From Candidatus Kaiserbacteria bacterium (GTDB taxonomy: Bacteria; Patescibacteriota; Minisyncoccia; Phycocordibacterales; SBAW01), in assembly GCA_009691465.1 (NCBI GenBank), contig SICK01000001.1, positions 24,705 to 88,704 of the forward strand: DNA of 64,000 nucleotides. The letters run 5' to 3'. Numbering within the stretch: the stretch's first letter is position 1; the number at the start of each line of letters is the position of its first letter. The position numbers and the translations under genes were made by a program. The notes under the pieces were generated by a model. The model worked only from the letters and a program-made list of their open reading frames with translations, searched no databases and was not told the origin of the DNA. Below are positions 35,695 to 45,404 of the stretch, piece by piece.

Positions 35695-36513
35695 ATGCGG
35701 CAGAAAAAAGCCGACCTCACAACACTGGTTTGGGAAGCGCGCCGGCACTACCGCGAAGAGGTGCGGGCACATTTGCCTTGGCGTGCCACCCGCGACCCCT
35801 ACAAAATCCTCGTCTCCGAGGTGATGCTCCAACAGACCCAGGTAGAGCGGGTCATACCGTATTACAAAAAGTTTGTGCGCACCTTCCCCAGCGCGCGCGT
35901 ACTCGCCCGGGTGTCACTGCTCAACGTCTTGCACGTCTGGCAGGGGTTGGGCTATAACCGCCGGGCCAAGTTCTTACACCAGGCGGCAAAAATTCTCGCG
36001 ACTAAAAAAACCATCGACCTTACTACCGGGTTTTTAGAGAGCCTACCGGGGGTAGGGCACTACACCGCGCGGGCGGTGGCGGTCTTTGCGTTTAATCGCC
36101 CCGAAGTGTTTGTCGAGACCAATATCCGCACGGTGTTTTTTTATCATCTCGGTCCCAAGCGCAAGCTATCCGACAAGCAGCTCTTGCCGCTCGTGGAACG
36201 CGCACTCCAGGAGTCGGGGATGGAGCCGCGGGAGTTCTACTCGGCGATGATGGACTATGGTGCGCACCTCAAGCGGCAAGGTATCCGGCTCAACCAAAAA
36301 AGCACGCACTATACTAAGCAATCGAAGTTCGAGGGCTCGACGCGCCAGTTGCGCGGGGTGATACTGCGCGAGCTCCTAAAGCATCACGCGACACTGAGCG
36401 TGCTTGCGCACCAAATCCCGCGCAGCCGAGAGGACCTGACCAACGAGCTGGCGCGCCTAACAGCCGAGGGCTTGGTGTCGCTCCACGGCCGCTATTTTGC
36501 AATCAAAAGTTAG
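35695..36513 (+). CDS. MutY-like HhH-GPD adenine glycosylase lacking Fe-S cysteines, with wHTH-like C-terminus
   Basis: LPWRATRDPYKILVSEVMLQQTQVERVIPYY and LPGVGHYTARAV. There is no Cys in the whole protein. TAAAAT lies 6 nt before the ATG. Confidence 0.8.
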   Translation: MRQKKADLTTLVWEARRHYREEVRAHLPWRATRDPYKILVSEVMLQQTQVERVIPYYKKFVRTFPSARVLARVSLLNVLHVWQGLGYNRRAKFLHQAAKILATKKTIDLTTGFLESLPGVGHYTARAVAVFAFNRPEVFVETNIRTVFFYHLGPKRKLSDKQLLPLVERALQESGMEPREFYSAMMDYGAHLKRQGIRLNQKSTHYTKQSKFEGSTRQLRGVILRELLKHHATLSVLAHQIPRSREDLTNELARLTAEGLVSLHGRYFAIKS

Positions 36514-38366
36514 ACGCCGAGTACCACGGGGATGACAATGGGGCGCTTGTTGGTCTTTTCGAAGAGGAAGCGGGCCACGGCGTCGGTGACCTCGTTTTTA
36601 ATCATGTCGAAGTTGATAGGGTTTTGGTTTTTGGCCGTGTCCTCGATGGTCTTTTTGACAATAATGCGCGCCTGCTGGAGGAGCTCCTGGCTTTCGCGCA
36701 GGTACACGAACCCGCGGCTGATGATGTCGGGCGACTTGCGCAGACGGCCGTTCTTGGGGTTGACCGTCGCGATGATAACAAACATCCCTTCTTGCGAGAG
36801 CACGGTGCGGTCGCGGATGACCACTTCTTGGATGTCACCGATAGAGAAGCCGTCTACCAACCGCAAGCCGGCGGGCGCCATTTCTTTGAGCCGGACGATT
36901 TTTTGTCCCTCGTTCTGTATCTCGATGACGCAGGAGTTGTCGGGGACCACTATCTCGTCTTCTTGCCGGCCGCAGGCTTTGGCGATGTCGGCGTGGACCC
37001 GGAGCATGTAGTGGTAGCCGTGGAGCGGCATAAAGAAGCGCGGATTTATTTTTTGATGGATCCAGAACGTCTCGTCGCGATTGGCGTGACCCGAGGCGTG
37101 CACCTCCATAGTGTCGCGGTGGATAATCTTGGCACCCTGCCTGGAGAGGTTGTCCTTGAGCTTCTGCACCGAGCGCTCGTTGCCGGGGATGACCGAAGAG
37201 GAGAGCACGACCGTGTCGCCTTTTTTTATCTTGACCGCTTTGTGGGTCTTCATCGCGATGCGCATCAGCGCGGCAAACTCGTCGCCCTGGGCGCCCGTGC
37301 CGAGTATGACGATTTTGTTGTCGGGCAGGTGCTCGAGCTGGCCCTGGTCGATAAAGGTCTTCTCCGCGACTTTGAGTAACCCGAGTTGTTTTACTATCTC
37401 GATGTTGACCTTCATTGAGCGACCCTCGACCAGCACTTTTTTGCCGGCGCGCTCTGCCGCCTCGAGCATGCGCATGATGCGCTCGAGCTGGGATGAGAAG
37501 GTCCCGATGATGAGCCGGCCGGTAGACTTGGTGATGATCTCGTCGAGATTTTTTTGTACGGTCTTCTCCGGGATAGAGAAGCCCGGACGCTCGCAGTTGG
37601 TCGAGTCGGCGGCCAAGAAGAGGACTTTTTTGTCTTTAAAATAGGCAAACTCCTTTTCCTCTCCCTCGCTCGGGATGCCGTCCATGTGGTCGAGGCGCAG
37701 GTCGCCGGTAAAGACCAACTCACCGTACGGGGTCTCGATGATGATGCCCATGGCGTCGGGGATGGTGTGCGAGACCGAGAAGAAGCGTACGCGAAAAGCA
37801 CCCACTTTGACCGTGTCCGTTTTTTCTACCTCGTGGATGTCCAGCGGTTTAAGATTGGGGAACTCTTCTTGCCGCTTGCGTATCATCACCGAGGTGAGTG
37901 TGCGCGTGTAGATCGGCGGGTAGCCGATGCGGTCGATGACGTAGGGGATGGCGCCGATGTGGTCGAGGTGGCCGTGCGTGATAAAGAGCCCGCGGATTTT
38001 CTCCCGGCGGTCTTCGAGGTATTTGGTGTTGGGGAGGATGTAGTCGATGCCGGGGGTGTCATCCTCGCGGAATTGGAACCCCGCGTCGACGATGATGATA
38101 TCGTCGCCCATTTCTACTACGGTCATGTTGCGGCCGATTTCTTCTACACCCCCCAGCGGGATGATGCGGATGTTGCCCTCGGCAAGAGGGGGGATGGGCT
38201 TTTCGTCTCCGTTGAGCATCGGCGTGTGCTCGGGGATCTCGCGCATAGGGTGCGGCTGGTGGGGTTTGGGACCTCCGTGGCGCAGGCGGCCGCGCCCGCC
38301 GCCGCGGCGGCTGCCTGCCCCCGCGGGCCGCGGGCCACCTCTACCTCTGTTTCTTTGTGGTTCCAT
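36510..38366 (-). CDS. rnj: Ribonuclease J
   Basis: Metallo-beta-lactamase motif ITHGHLDHIGAIPY, beta-CASP region, 618 aa. Arg/Gly-rich N-terminal extension. Confidence 0.9.
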   Translation of the reverse strand: MEPQRNRGRGGPRPAGAGSRRGGGRGRLRHGGPKPHQPHPMREIPEHTPMLNGDEKPIPPLAEGNIRIIPLGGVEEIGRNMTVVEMGDDIIIVDAGFQFREDDTPGIDYILPNTKYLEDRREKIRGLFITHGHLDHIGAIPYVIDRIGYPPIYTRTLTSVMIRKRQEEFPNLKPLDIHEVEKTDTVKVGAFRVRFFSVSHTIPDAMGIIIETPYGELVFTGDLRLDHMDGIPSEGEEKEFAYFKDKKVLFLAADSTNCERPGFSIPEKTVQKNLDEIITKSTGRLIIGTFSSQLERIMRMLEAAERAGKKVLVEGRSMKVNIEIVKQLGLLKVAEKTFIDQGQLEHLPDNKIVILGTGAQGDEFAALMRIAMKTHKAVKIKKGDTVVLSSSVIPGNERSVQKLKDNLSRQGAKIIHRDTMEVHASGHANRDETFWIHQKINPRFFMPLHGYHYMLRVHADIAKACGRQEDEIVVPDNSCVIEIQNEGQKIVRLKEMAPAGLRLVDGFSIGDIQEVVIRDRTVLSQEGMFVIIATVNPKNGRLRKSPDIISRGFVYLRESQELLQQARIIVKKTIEDTAKNQNPINFDMIKNEVTDAVARFLFEKTNKRPIVIPVVLGV

Positions 38367-38424
38367 GATTCTGAACTTAGTAATTAATTTTTTTCAAATA
38401 AGATTTTTCGCTTTGTAATCTTTC

Positions 38425-40185
38425 TTAATTTTTTCGTGTTACGAAGAAAGGCCAGACTCTGTCCGTCTCGCGGTGCCACTGCGGCAAGCTCAAGAATCGG
38501 TCGCTCGGCGTTTCTATAAATCCAAGGTGTACCCCCTGGATGTCGTTAGGCACACTATACACGAAATCCGGCGCATACAAAAATACGGCGGGGATATCGC
38601 GCCCAAGCTCGGCGAGGAACACCTCCAACAAGGCCTGCCGCTTGTCGGTTTGAGCAGTCTGCCGCAGGTCGGAGAGCGCCTTGTCGGCCTTTTGGTTGGC
38701 GTATAGGGCGACGTTGAGCCCCGGGTCGTTGCGCTGGCTGGAGTGCCAAAAAGCAAAGAGATCGAGCTCGCGGCCGATGACTTCGCCAAAAAGGAGCGCG
38801 TCGTACTTGCGCGGGCGGATAACGTTTTGAGACAGGTCGCCCTGCTCAAATATTTTGACGTTGACGCGCGCTCCGGCAGCCTCCCAGGCAATCCGCAGAT
38901 ACTCGGCCGCGGCACGCAGCTCCGGCACGTTGGCGGTGGCGAGGTCAAACTCAAGCACGGTGGTCTGCGCGGTTTTGCCGGTGCCGGTGGTTTTGCGCAG
39001 GACACCGTCGTCGCCGGCCTTCCATCCCGCCGCAACAAGCCGCGCGCGCGCGGCGGCGGCGAGCGCCTTGGTCGTACTGGTGGAAGTGGTCTGCGCCCCG
39101 CCGATAAGTGTCGGCGGCACCGGGCCATACAGCGCCGTGCCATAGCCCCCCAACACCTCCTGCACCAGCTCGTCGCGGTTTACGGCGTCGTTGAGTGCCG
39201 ATCGGACCGCCTTGTCGCGCAGGACGACCGACTGGTTTTGATTAAAGAAGACGCCGAACACGCGGTTTAAGGGCGAGGTGCGGATGTCCGCCGCCGAGAG
39301 GTCCTTAAGGTTGCCGGGAGATATACTGCTCGCCGAGTCTATCTCGCCGGCATTAAGCGCGGTCAACAGCGACCCCTCACTCTGGAAAAACCGCAGCGTG
39401 ACGGAGCCGATATACGGCTCGCCGAGTGCATAGCCGCCGAAGGCTTGCAGAGTATAGGTGGACGGGATGCCCGAGGAGGAGCGCGATACCGAGTCGAGTT
39501 TGTACGGCCCGGAGCCGATGGGCTCCTGGTTGAGCTCGCTAAAAGGGAACTCTTCGTCGCTCACGCCTATCCACCGCGCTTTAGGCAAAATCCCAAGCGT
39601 CAGGTTTTCGATAAAAGGAGCATAAGCGCTCTTGAGTATAAAGCGCACGGTCTTGGCATCGGGTGCTTCGGCAACGACGCCGTCCCAGTTGGCGCGCAGC
39701 GGGGACTTGAGCGCCGGGTCCTGCGCCTTCATCACCGTGTAGACCACGTCGTCGGCGGTGACCTTGGAGCCGTCGTGGAAGGTGAGGTCTTGCCGCAGGG
39801 TAAACGTGTAGGTCTTGCCGTCCGGGGAGACCTCGTAGCCCTCTGCGAGGTCGGGTGTAAAGCCTCCTTCCGGCGTGGCGCGCAGGAGGCCCGAGTACAG
39901 CAGGGCGGTCAGGTCGCGGTCGGCGTCGGATATGGCGAGGAGGGGGTTGATAAAGCGCGGTGTGCCGATGATGCCCTCGTGCAAGCTCCCGCCGTAGGAG
40001 GGCACCTCGACCACCAGCGCCTCTTTGACCATATACAACAGAGCGGCACTGCTGACGGTCAGCAAGACGGCAAAGCACAAGAAAAGTGCGCGGCCGCCAC
40101 GCCCGAGGCCCTCAACGGTGTCTCCCGCCCGGTCTAAGACGGGCAGATGTACGGCAGTCTGCGCAATGCGCCAGAGGTTTTTCAT
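38425..40185 (-). CDS. ABC transporter substrate-binding protein (family 5, peptide/nickel type)
   Basis: N-terminal TM anchor. Family-5 SBP-like regions (TFTLRQDLTFHDGSKVTADDVVYT). No adjacent permease genes. Confidence 0.7.
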   Translation of the reverse strand: MKNLWRIAQTAVHLPVLDRAGDTVEGLGRGGRALFLCFAVLLTVSSAALLYMVKEALVVEVPSYGGSLHEGIIGTPRFINPLLAISDADRDLTALLYSGLLRATPEGGFTPDLAEGYEVSPDGKTYTFTLRQDLTFHDGSKVTADDVVYTVMKAQDPALKSPLRANWDGVVAEAPDAKTVRFILKSAYAPFIENLTLGILPKARWIGVSDEEFPFSELNQEPIGSGPYKLDSVSRSSSGIPSTYTLQAFGGYALGEPYIGSVTLRFFQSEGSLLTALNAGEIDSASSISPGNLKDLSAADIRTSPLNRVFGVFFNQNQSVVLRDKAVRSALNDAVNRDELVQEVLGGYGTALYGPVPPTLIGGAQTTSTSTTKALAAAARARLVAAGWKAGDDGVLRKTTGTGKTAQTTVLEFDLATANVPELRAAAEYLRIAWEAAGARVNVKIFEQGDLSQNVIRPRKYDALLFGEVIGRELDLFAFWHSSQRNDPGLNVALYANQKADKALSDLRQTAQTDKRQALLEVFLAELGRDIPAVFLYAPDFVYSVPNDIQGVHLGFIETPSDRFLSLPQWHRETDRVWPFFVTRKN

Positions 40186-40236
40186 AACAACAAACAAAAG
40201 ACAAAAAGCGCGCGGCTTCCGGGCTTGTGTTTGGCG

Positions 40237-40467
40237 TTAGCGGATGAGGAGCGCGGCGAAGGCGCTCACGCAAAAGAGGATACCGATGATAATGGCGGTG
40301 TAAAAGAGGTACTTTTCCGAGCCGCGGCGCGTGTGATAGCCGGCAGAGAAGTTGTCGCCCCCGAACGCCCCGCCCAACGACGCGCCCGTCTGCTGCAATA
40401 GGATGCAGACGACAAGCAATACCGACAGCACTATTTGTATGTAGGGGAGCACCCCCGCTATAGACAT
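40237..40467 (-). CDS. secG: Preprotein translocase subunit SecG
   Basis: VLLVVCILLQQTGASLGGAFGG plus a second TM. Start set to the internal ATG (MSIAGVLPY...). Confidence 0.75.
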   Translation of the reverse strand: MSIAGVLPYIQIVLSVLLVVCILLQQTGASLGGAFGGDNFSAGYHTRRGSEKYLFYTAIIIGILFCVSAFAALLIR

Positions 40468-40517
40468 TACTAAGTAGGCTACCACAGCATCACACCACGT
40501 GCAAACCTTGTATAGAC

Positions 40518-40546
40518 TTGACCCCACCCGTTCTTTTACTTATAGT
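40518..40546 (+). promoter_or_regulatory. groES-groEL promoter
   Basis: TTGACC (40518-23), 17 nt, TATAGT (40541-46). ATG at 40557. No CIRCE element seen. Confidence 0.55.
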
Positions 40547-40556
40547 GCGTCCACGT

Positions 40557-40895
40557 ATGAAGAAGAAAAAAGCTAAGAAGGCACAAAAAAAGCCCTCTAC
40601 TATCATCAAATTTCCCGTCTCTCCCGCGGGCGACCGCGTGTTGGTACGGCGCATCCCGCCGGAGGAGGTAACCAGCTTCGGTATCATCATCCCCGACACC
40701 AATAAAGAAAAATCGGAGGAAGGCGTCATCATCGCGGTCGGCCCGGGCAAAAAGAACGAGGACGGCAAGCTGATACCGGTCTCGTATACGGTGGGGACTC
40801 GGGTGCGGTTCTCCTACGGCGATGAAATAAAAATAAACGGCATCGACCACATTTTGGTCCACGAGGAAAACATCACTGCAATCATCAATAAGTAA
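40557..40895 (+). CDS. groES: Co-chaperonin GroES with Lys-rich N-terminal extension
   Basis: [19 protein letters not shown]...GIIIPDT...GVIIAVGPG, preceded by [15 protein letters not shown]. Confidence 0.9.
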   Translation: MKKKKAKKAQKKPSTIIKFPVSPAGDRVLVRRIPPEEVTSFGIIIPDTNKEKSEEGVIIAVGPGKKNEDGKLIPVSYTVGTRVRFSYGDEIKINGIDHILVHEENITAIINK

Positions 40896-40896
40896 T

Positions 40897-42549
40897 ATGG
40901 CAAAACAAATACTTTTTAACGAAAAGGCCCGCCGCGCGCTTAAAAGCGGCATCGACAAGGCCAGCAATGCGGTCAAGGTGACGCTCGGCCCCCGCGGTCG
41001 CAACGTCGCGCTTGCAAAGAGCTATGGCGGCCCGACTATCACCAACGACGGCGTTTCTATTGCTAAAGAAATTTCGCTTAAAGACCCGTTTGAGAACATG
41101 GGTGCAGAAATAGTAAAAGAGGTCGCGAGCAAAACCAACGATATCGCGGGCGACGGTACCACGACCTCGGTCGTGCTTCTGCAAGCACTGATTGATGAGG
41201 GGATGAAGCACACCGAAGCGGGACTTTCGGCCATGGCCGTGCGGCACGGGATAGAGCAGGCCACGGCAGAGGCGGTGGTGGCTCTAAAGTCGCTCGCCAA
41301 AAAAATCGTGAGCGACGAAGAGGTGCGCCAAGTGGCGACCATATCGGCCGAGTCGGTTGAAATAGGCCAGATCATTGCCGACACGATCAAAGAGGTGGGC
41401 AAGGACGGTGTTGTCACGGTCGAAGAGTCGCAGTCTTTGGGTATTGAAAAAGAAGTAGTTGAGGGATTGGAATTCGACAAGGGCTACGTGAGCGCCTACA
41501 TGGTGACCGACTCGTCCCGGATGGAGGCGGTGTACAAAGACCCGCTGATACTTATTACCGACAAAAAAATCTCGAGCGTGCAGGAGGTACTGCCGATGCT
41601 GCAGAAAATTGCTGAGTCCGGCAAGAAGGACTTGGTGATTATTGCCGAGGACGTAGACGGCGAGGCGCTGACCACGTTTGTGCTCAACAAGCTGCGCGGC
41701 ACGTTTAATGTGCTGGCGGTCAAAGCGCCGGGCTATGGCGATCGCAAAAAGGAGATGCTGCAGGACATTGCGGTGATGACTGGCGGGCAGGTGATATCTG
41801 AAGAGGTGGGAGTCAAGTTTGAAAACGCCACACTGGACATGCTCGGCCGCGCACAGAAAGTGATTGCGACCAAAGACAAAACTGTGTTGGTGGGCGGCAA
41901 GGGTGCCAAAAAGGACATCACCGCGCGCATAGCGCAGATACGCAAGCAGATAGAGGACACGACGAGCAAATTTGATAAAGAAAAGCTGGGCGAGCGTCTT
42001 GCTAAGTTGGTCGGCGGGGTCGCCATTATACGCGTGGGTGCGGCGACCGAGACCGAGATGAAGTATCTCAAACTCAAGATTGAGGACGCGGTCAACGCGA
42101 CCAAAGCCGCGATTGAGGAGGGCATCGTTGCCGGTGGTGGTGTAGCGCTCGTTAAGGCTGCACAAAAAGTGTCTGAAAGCTTTGCAAAGGCCAAAGACAA
42201 AATGGACACCGCCGGCAGGGTGGGCTACGAGGTGGTGCTGAAAGCTTTGGAGATGCCCCTGCGGCAGATTGCGTTTAATGCCGGCACCGACGCGGGGGTG
42301 GTGGTAGACAAAGTCAAAAACGCCAAAGGCAACGCCGGCTATGATGCGGTCAAAGATGAGATAGTCACCGACGTCATCGCCGCAGGCATTGTCGACCCGG
42401 TCAAAGTGACCCGCACCGCGCTCGAGCGCGCCGCATCCGCCGCCGCGATACTCTTGACCACCGAAGCGGCCGTCGCCGAGGAGCCCAAAGAAGAAAAAGA
42501 AGGCGCAGGCGGCGGAATGCCGGGAGGCATGGGCGACATGGACTACTAA
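40897..42549 (+). CDS. groEL: Chaperonin GroEL
   Basis: [14 protein letters not shown]...DGTTT...C-terminal [12 protein letters not shown]. Confidence 0.97.
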   Translation: MAKQILFNEKARRALKSGIDKASNAVKVTLGPRGRNVALAKSYGGPTITNDGVSIAKEISLKDPFENMGAEIVKEVASKTNDIAGDGTTTSVVLLQALIDEGMKHTEAGLSAMAVRHGIEQATAEAVVALKSLAKKIVSDEEVRQVATISAESVEIGQIIADTIKEVGKDGVVTVEESQSLGIEKEVVEGLEFDKGYVSAYMVTDSSRMEAVYKDPLILITDKKISSVQEVLPMLQKIAESGKKDLVIIAEDVDGEALTTFVLNKLRGTFNVLAVKAPGYGDRKKEMLQDIAVMTGGQVISEEVGVKFENATLDMLGRAQKVIATKDKTVLVGGKGAKKDITARIAQIRKQIEDTTSKFDKEKLGERLAKLVGGVAIIRVGAATETEMKYLKLKIEDAVNATKAAIEEGIVAGGGVALVKAAQKVSESFAKAKDKMDTAGRVGYEVVLKALEMPLRQIAFNAGTDAGVVVDKVKNAKGNAGYDAVKDEIVTDVIAAGIVDPVKVTRTALERAASAAAILLTTEAAVAEEPKEEKEGAGGGMPGGMGDMDY

Positions 42550-42616
42550 AATATCAAGGAGAGTCCTTGATATTTGGGGCCCTTGCAATCTGCACAGACT
42601 TGCTATACTTAGGGCC

Positions 42617-43177
42617 ATGACACTTATCTATATCCTCGCGGGGGTAGCGGTCTTGGCGCTCCTGTGGATTATTGCGGTGTACAACCGTTTTATCCGCCTC
42701 GTCCAGCGCACCAAGGAGGCATGGGCGGACATCGACGTACAGCTTAAACGCCGCTACGACCTGATCCCCAACCTGATTGAGTCGGTCAAAGGGTACATGC
42801 AACACGAGGCCGGCACGCTGGAAAAGGTGACCGCCGCACGCGCGGCAGCGATGGACGCCGGCGGACTCGAGGCTAAGGCCAAGGCCGAGAACATGTTGAC
42901 CGGAGCGCTCAAGAGCCTCTTTGCGGTTGCAGAGAGCTACCCGGACCTTAAGGCCAACACCAACTTTTTGGAGCTGCAGCGCGAACTGTCGGACACCGAA
43001 AACAAAATCCAGGCGGCGCGCCGCTTCTACAACACCAACGTGCGCGATCTGAACACGGCCGTACAGTCGTTCCCCGGCAACGTCATCGCAAACTCCTTCC
43101 GCTTTGAGCCTAGAGAGTTCTTTGAGCTCGGCGAGTCCGATGCGGAAGCCCGCCAACCGGTCAAAGTAGGGTTTTAG
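42617..43177 (+). CDS. lemA: LemA family protein
   Basis: N-terminal TM. YNRFIRL...AWADIDVQLKRRYDLIPNL...RRFYNTNVRDLN. Confidence 0.9.
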   Translation: MTLIYILAGVAVLALLWIIAVYNRFIRLVQRTKEAWADIDVQLKRRYDLIPNLIESVKGYMQHEAGTLEKVTAARAAAMDAGGLEAKAKAENMLTGALKSLFAVAESYPDLKANTNFLELQRELSDTENKIQAARRFYNTNVRDLNTAVQSFPGNVIANSFRFEPREFFELGESDAEARQPVKVGF

Positions 43178-43293
43178 CAAAAACGAAGTTTTCTGGAGGG
43201 CAGAAAATTTCCTGCTGATAAATTTTCCTACTGCACGGCCCCGTCGGGCCTGCAGACCCTCCGAAAAACTTGTTTTTGCTACACTAATTACGT

Positions 43294-44193
43294 ATGGCAT
43301 CCAATCTCTATACGCACCAAGACAGCAATATCGCTAAGACCTGGGTCTTGATGGGCTCCTTTTTGGTGGTCGTGATAGCGGTCGGGTGGGCGATCAGCTA
43401 CTACTTTAACAATCCGGGCATACTCTTTTTTGCCGTGCTCTTTGCGCTGGCGACGAACATTTTTGCGTACTGGAACTCTGACAAGGTCGCGATAGCGATG
43501 AGCGGCGCCAAGCCCGCAGAAGAGGCACAGTACGGCGACTTGCATAACATCGTCGAAAATCTTGCTATCACCGCCGGGCTCCCCAAACCGCGCGTCTACA
43601 TCATCGACGACCCGGCGCCTAACGCTTTTGCCACCGGGCGCAACAAGGAGCACGCGGCCATAGCCGTGACGACCGGGCTTTTGGGTATGATGGACCGCAC
43701 CGAGCTCGAGGGGGTGTTGGCGCACGAACTATCCCACGTGGGCAACCGCGACATTTTGGTGTCGACCGTTGCGGTGGTGTTGGTGGGGTTTGTCTCGCTC
43801 GCGTCTGACTTCTTTTTGCGCACCACCATGTGGGGCGGGCGGGGGAGCGACAAGGACAGCAAAAGCAATCCTTTTTTGGCGATTCTTGCCGTGGCGCTTA
43901 TTGTGCTCGCGCCTATTGTGGCGACCCTGATGCAGCTTGCTATATCGCGCAAGCGCGAGTTTTTGGCCGATGCCTCCGGCGCGCTCCTGACCCGCTACCC
44001 CGAAGGGCTTGCCAATGCACTACGCAAGATAGGCGCGTATGCCTCCCCGATGAAGCGCGCCAACACTGCTACCGCACACCTCTTTATCTCAAACCCCTTC
44101 GGTGCGGCTGCCGCCCGCAGTGGCCTAGCGAAGCTCTTTATGACCCACCCGCCGATAGCTGACCGCATCAAAGCGCTGGTCGGAAACGAATAA
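43294..44193 (+). CDS. htpX: Zinc metalloprotease HtpX (M48)
   Basis: HELSHVGNRD. TM topology typical of HtpX. THPPIADRI. Confidence 0.9.
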   Translation: MASNLYTHQDSNIAKTWVLMGSFLVVVIAVGWAISYYFNNPGILFFAVLFALATNIFAYWNSDKVAIAMSGAKPAEEAQYGDLHNIVENLAITAGLPKPRVYIIDDPAPNAFATGRNKEHAAIAVTTGLLGMMDRTELEGVLAHELSHVGNRDILVSTVAVVLVGFVSLASDFFLRTTMWGGRGSDKDSKSNPFLAILAVALIVLAPIVATLMQLAISRKREFLADASGALLTRYPEGLANALRKIGAYASPMKRANTATAHLFISNPFGAAAARSGLAKLFMTHPPIADRIKALVGNE

Positions 44194-44216
44194 ATAGGGT
44201 ATTTTTGTTAAGCATT

Positions 44217-44304
44217 GGAGGCGTCGCATAGCGGTCTAGTGCACCGCCTTGGAAAGGCGGCATACCGAAAGGTATCGTGAGTTCGAATCTCACCGCCTCC
44301 GCCA
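44217..44304 (+). tRNA. tRNA-Ser (GGA)
   Basis: GGAGGCGTCGCATAGCGGTCTAGTGC, anticodon loop TTGGAAA, long variable arm, CCA encoded. Confidence 0.9.
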
Positions 44305-44661
44305 TTACTCTGCCGCACAAGCCTGACTTGCGGCAGCCGCTCGCTCTTGAAAACCGGGAGGGATTGAGCCGTCCTTGGGGAACGAGGCTATCTCTTCATT
44401 TGTCATAGAATCTGCCACTTTGGTCGACACACAAGCACAGTACGAAACTATCGTCTCGTGCGAGACACCTTCATTTGCAGGATTACTGCTCTGAGCACTA
44501 ATACAGCTTTCATTTGACCCCTCAATAAAACCTTCACGCACGTCTCCAGCTATAGCCTCGTTACCATGCTGACTAAACCAAACCGTTTTTATCACGCCGC
44601 CAATACCTCCGAGAACAACGACAACGACTAATGCAATACCCAACCATTTTAGAATTTTCAT
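44305..44661 (-). CDS. Hypothetical membrane-anchored protein
   Basis: MKILKWLGIALVVVVVLGGIGGVI TM. Visibly AT-richer. The stop abuts the tRNA-Ser 3' end. Confidence 0.5.
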   Translation of the reverse strand: MKILKWLGIALVVVVVLGGIGGVIKTVWFSQHGNEAIAGDVREGFIEGSNESCISAQSSNPANEGVSHETIVSYCACVSTKVADSMTNEEIASFPKDGSIPPGFQERAAAASQACAAE

Positions 44662-44692
44662 AATTGAAGTCTATCCGTTCTACACCCTACGT

Positions 44693-45355
44693 CTACCGAA
44701 CTGTCCCCAGTCGGCTTTTTATTAACTCCAACGTTTCTGCGCCTGACTTGTCGCGCATTTCGGCGGTGGGCACAGTGATATGCGAGAGCGCTTTATACTT
44801 TTCGCGGCGCTCCTTAAGCAGGGCCGGGTAGCAGCGGCGCAGGGAGTCTTGCTCACTCTCGCCGTTTTGCATACTAAAATAGTTGCCCCAGGCCACCGGC
44901 TTCGGCTCTTTGAAAAACCGTTCTACCATGTGCTCGATAGAGCCTTCGTCGACATCCAAGTGGACCACCAAACAGTTCTCTCTCAAAATCTGGAGTGTCT
45001 CGGGTTGGAGCTGCACGACGCTCCCCGTGGTGTCAAAAACAAAATTTTTGCCGCCGGTCTTCATCGATGCCTCGCGGGTAAAAGTGTTTTCTAGCTCCAA
45101 ATATTTTTGCTCGCGTTCTTTATAGCCCTCGCTGGTGGGGTAGCCCAGCCACGACGATATGTCGTCCATGCCGGCAAACCCGAGCGCCTTTTGTATCTCC
45201 TCGTCTACCTGGTACCACAAAAACCCCTTGTCTCTCTCGAGTACTTTGGAGCGGTAGCTTTTGCCGGCGTTGGACATCCCCACAAAAGAAAGGCGCAGGG
45301 TGCCCGCGGCGAGGTGTGCGTCAAACTCCTCGGGTCGGAGCTGCTGGGACTGCAT
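44693..45355 (-). CDS. P-loop NTPase/kinase-like protein
   Basis: Walker A GMSNAGKS. 220 aa. No further family assignment possible. Confidence 0.55.
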   Translation of the reverse strand: MQSQQLRPEEFDAHLAAGTLRLSFVGMSNAGKSYRSKVLERDKGFLWYQVDEEIQKALGFAGMDDISSWLGYPTSEGYKEREQKYLELENTFTREASMKTGGKNFVFDTTGSVVQLQPETLQILRENCLVVHLDVDEGSIEHMVERFFKEPKPVAWGNYFSMQNGESEQDSLRRCYPALLKERREKYKALSHITVPTAEMRDKSGAETLELIKSRLGTVR

Positions 45356-45404
45356 TTTGGTATACTATAGCGGTTCGTTTTATAAGTAAAACAACTCTTT
45401 GCCT

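Noticed and set aside
40468-40556. CIRCE heat-shock operator (TTAGCACTC-N9-GAGTGCTAA) upstream of groES.
   Set aside because: No sequence resembling CIRCE is present. Only a TTGACC-17-TATAGT promoter is seen.
41284-42618. 444-aa ORF antisense to groEL. Similar long antisense or off-frame ORFs: 9397-10302 and 10975-11385 (pyrG), 13751-14899 (typA), 21480-22220, 24035-24928, 36624-37379 and 37554-38387 (rnj), 47343-48146, 50588-51442 (lepA), 51681-52439, 55918-57048 (valS), 61893-63170 and 61988-63328 (ftsZ/trxB).
   Set aside because: They overlap genes with unmistakable conserved motifs on the other strand or frame. Their translations are Arg/Gly/Pro/Ala-rich and low-complexity, as expected for stop-poor alternative frames in GC-rich DNA.
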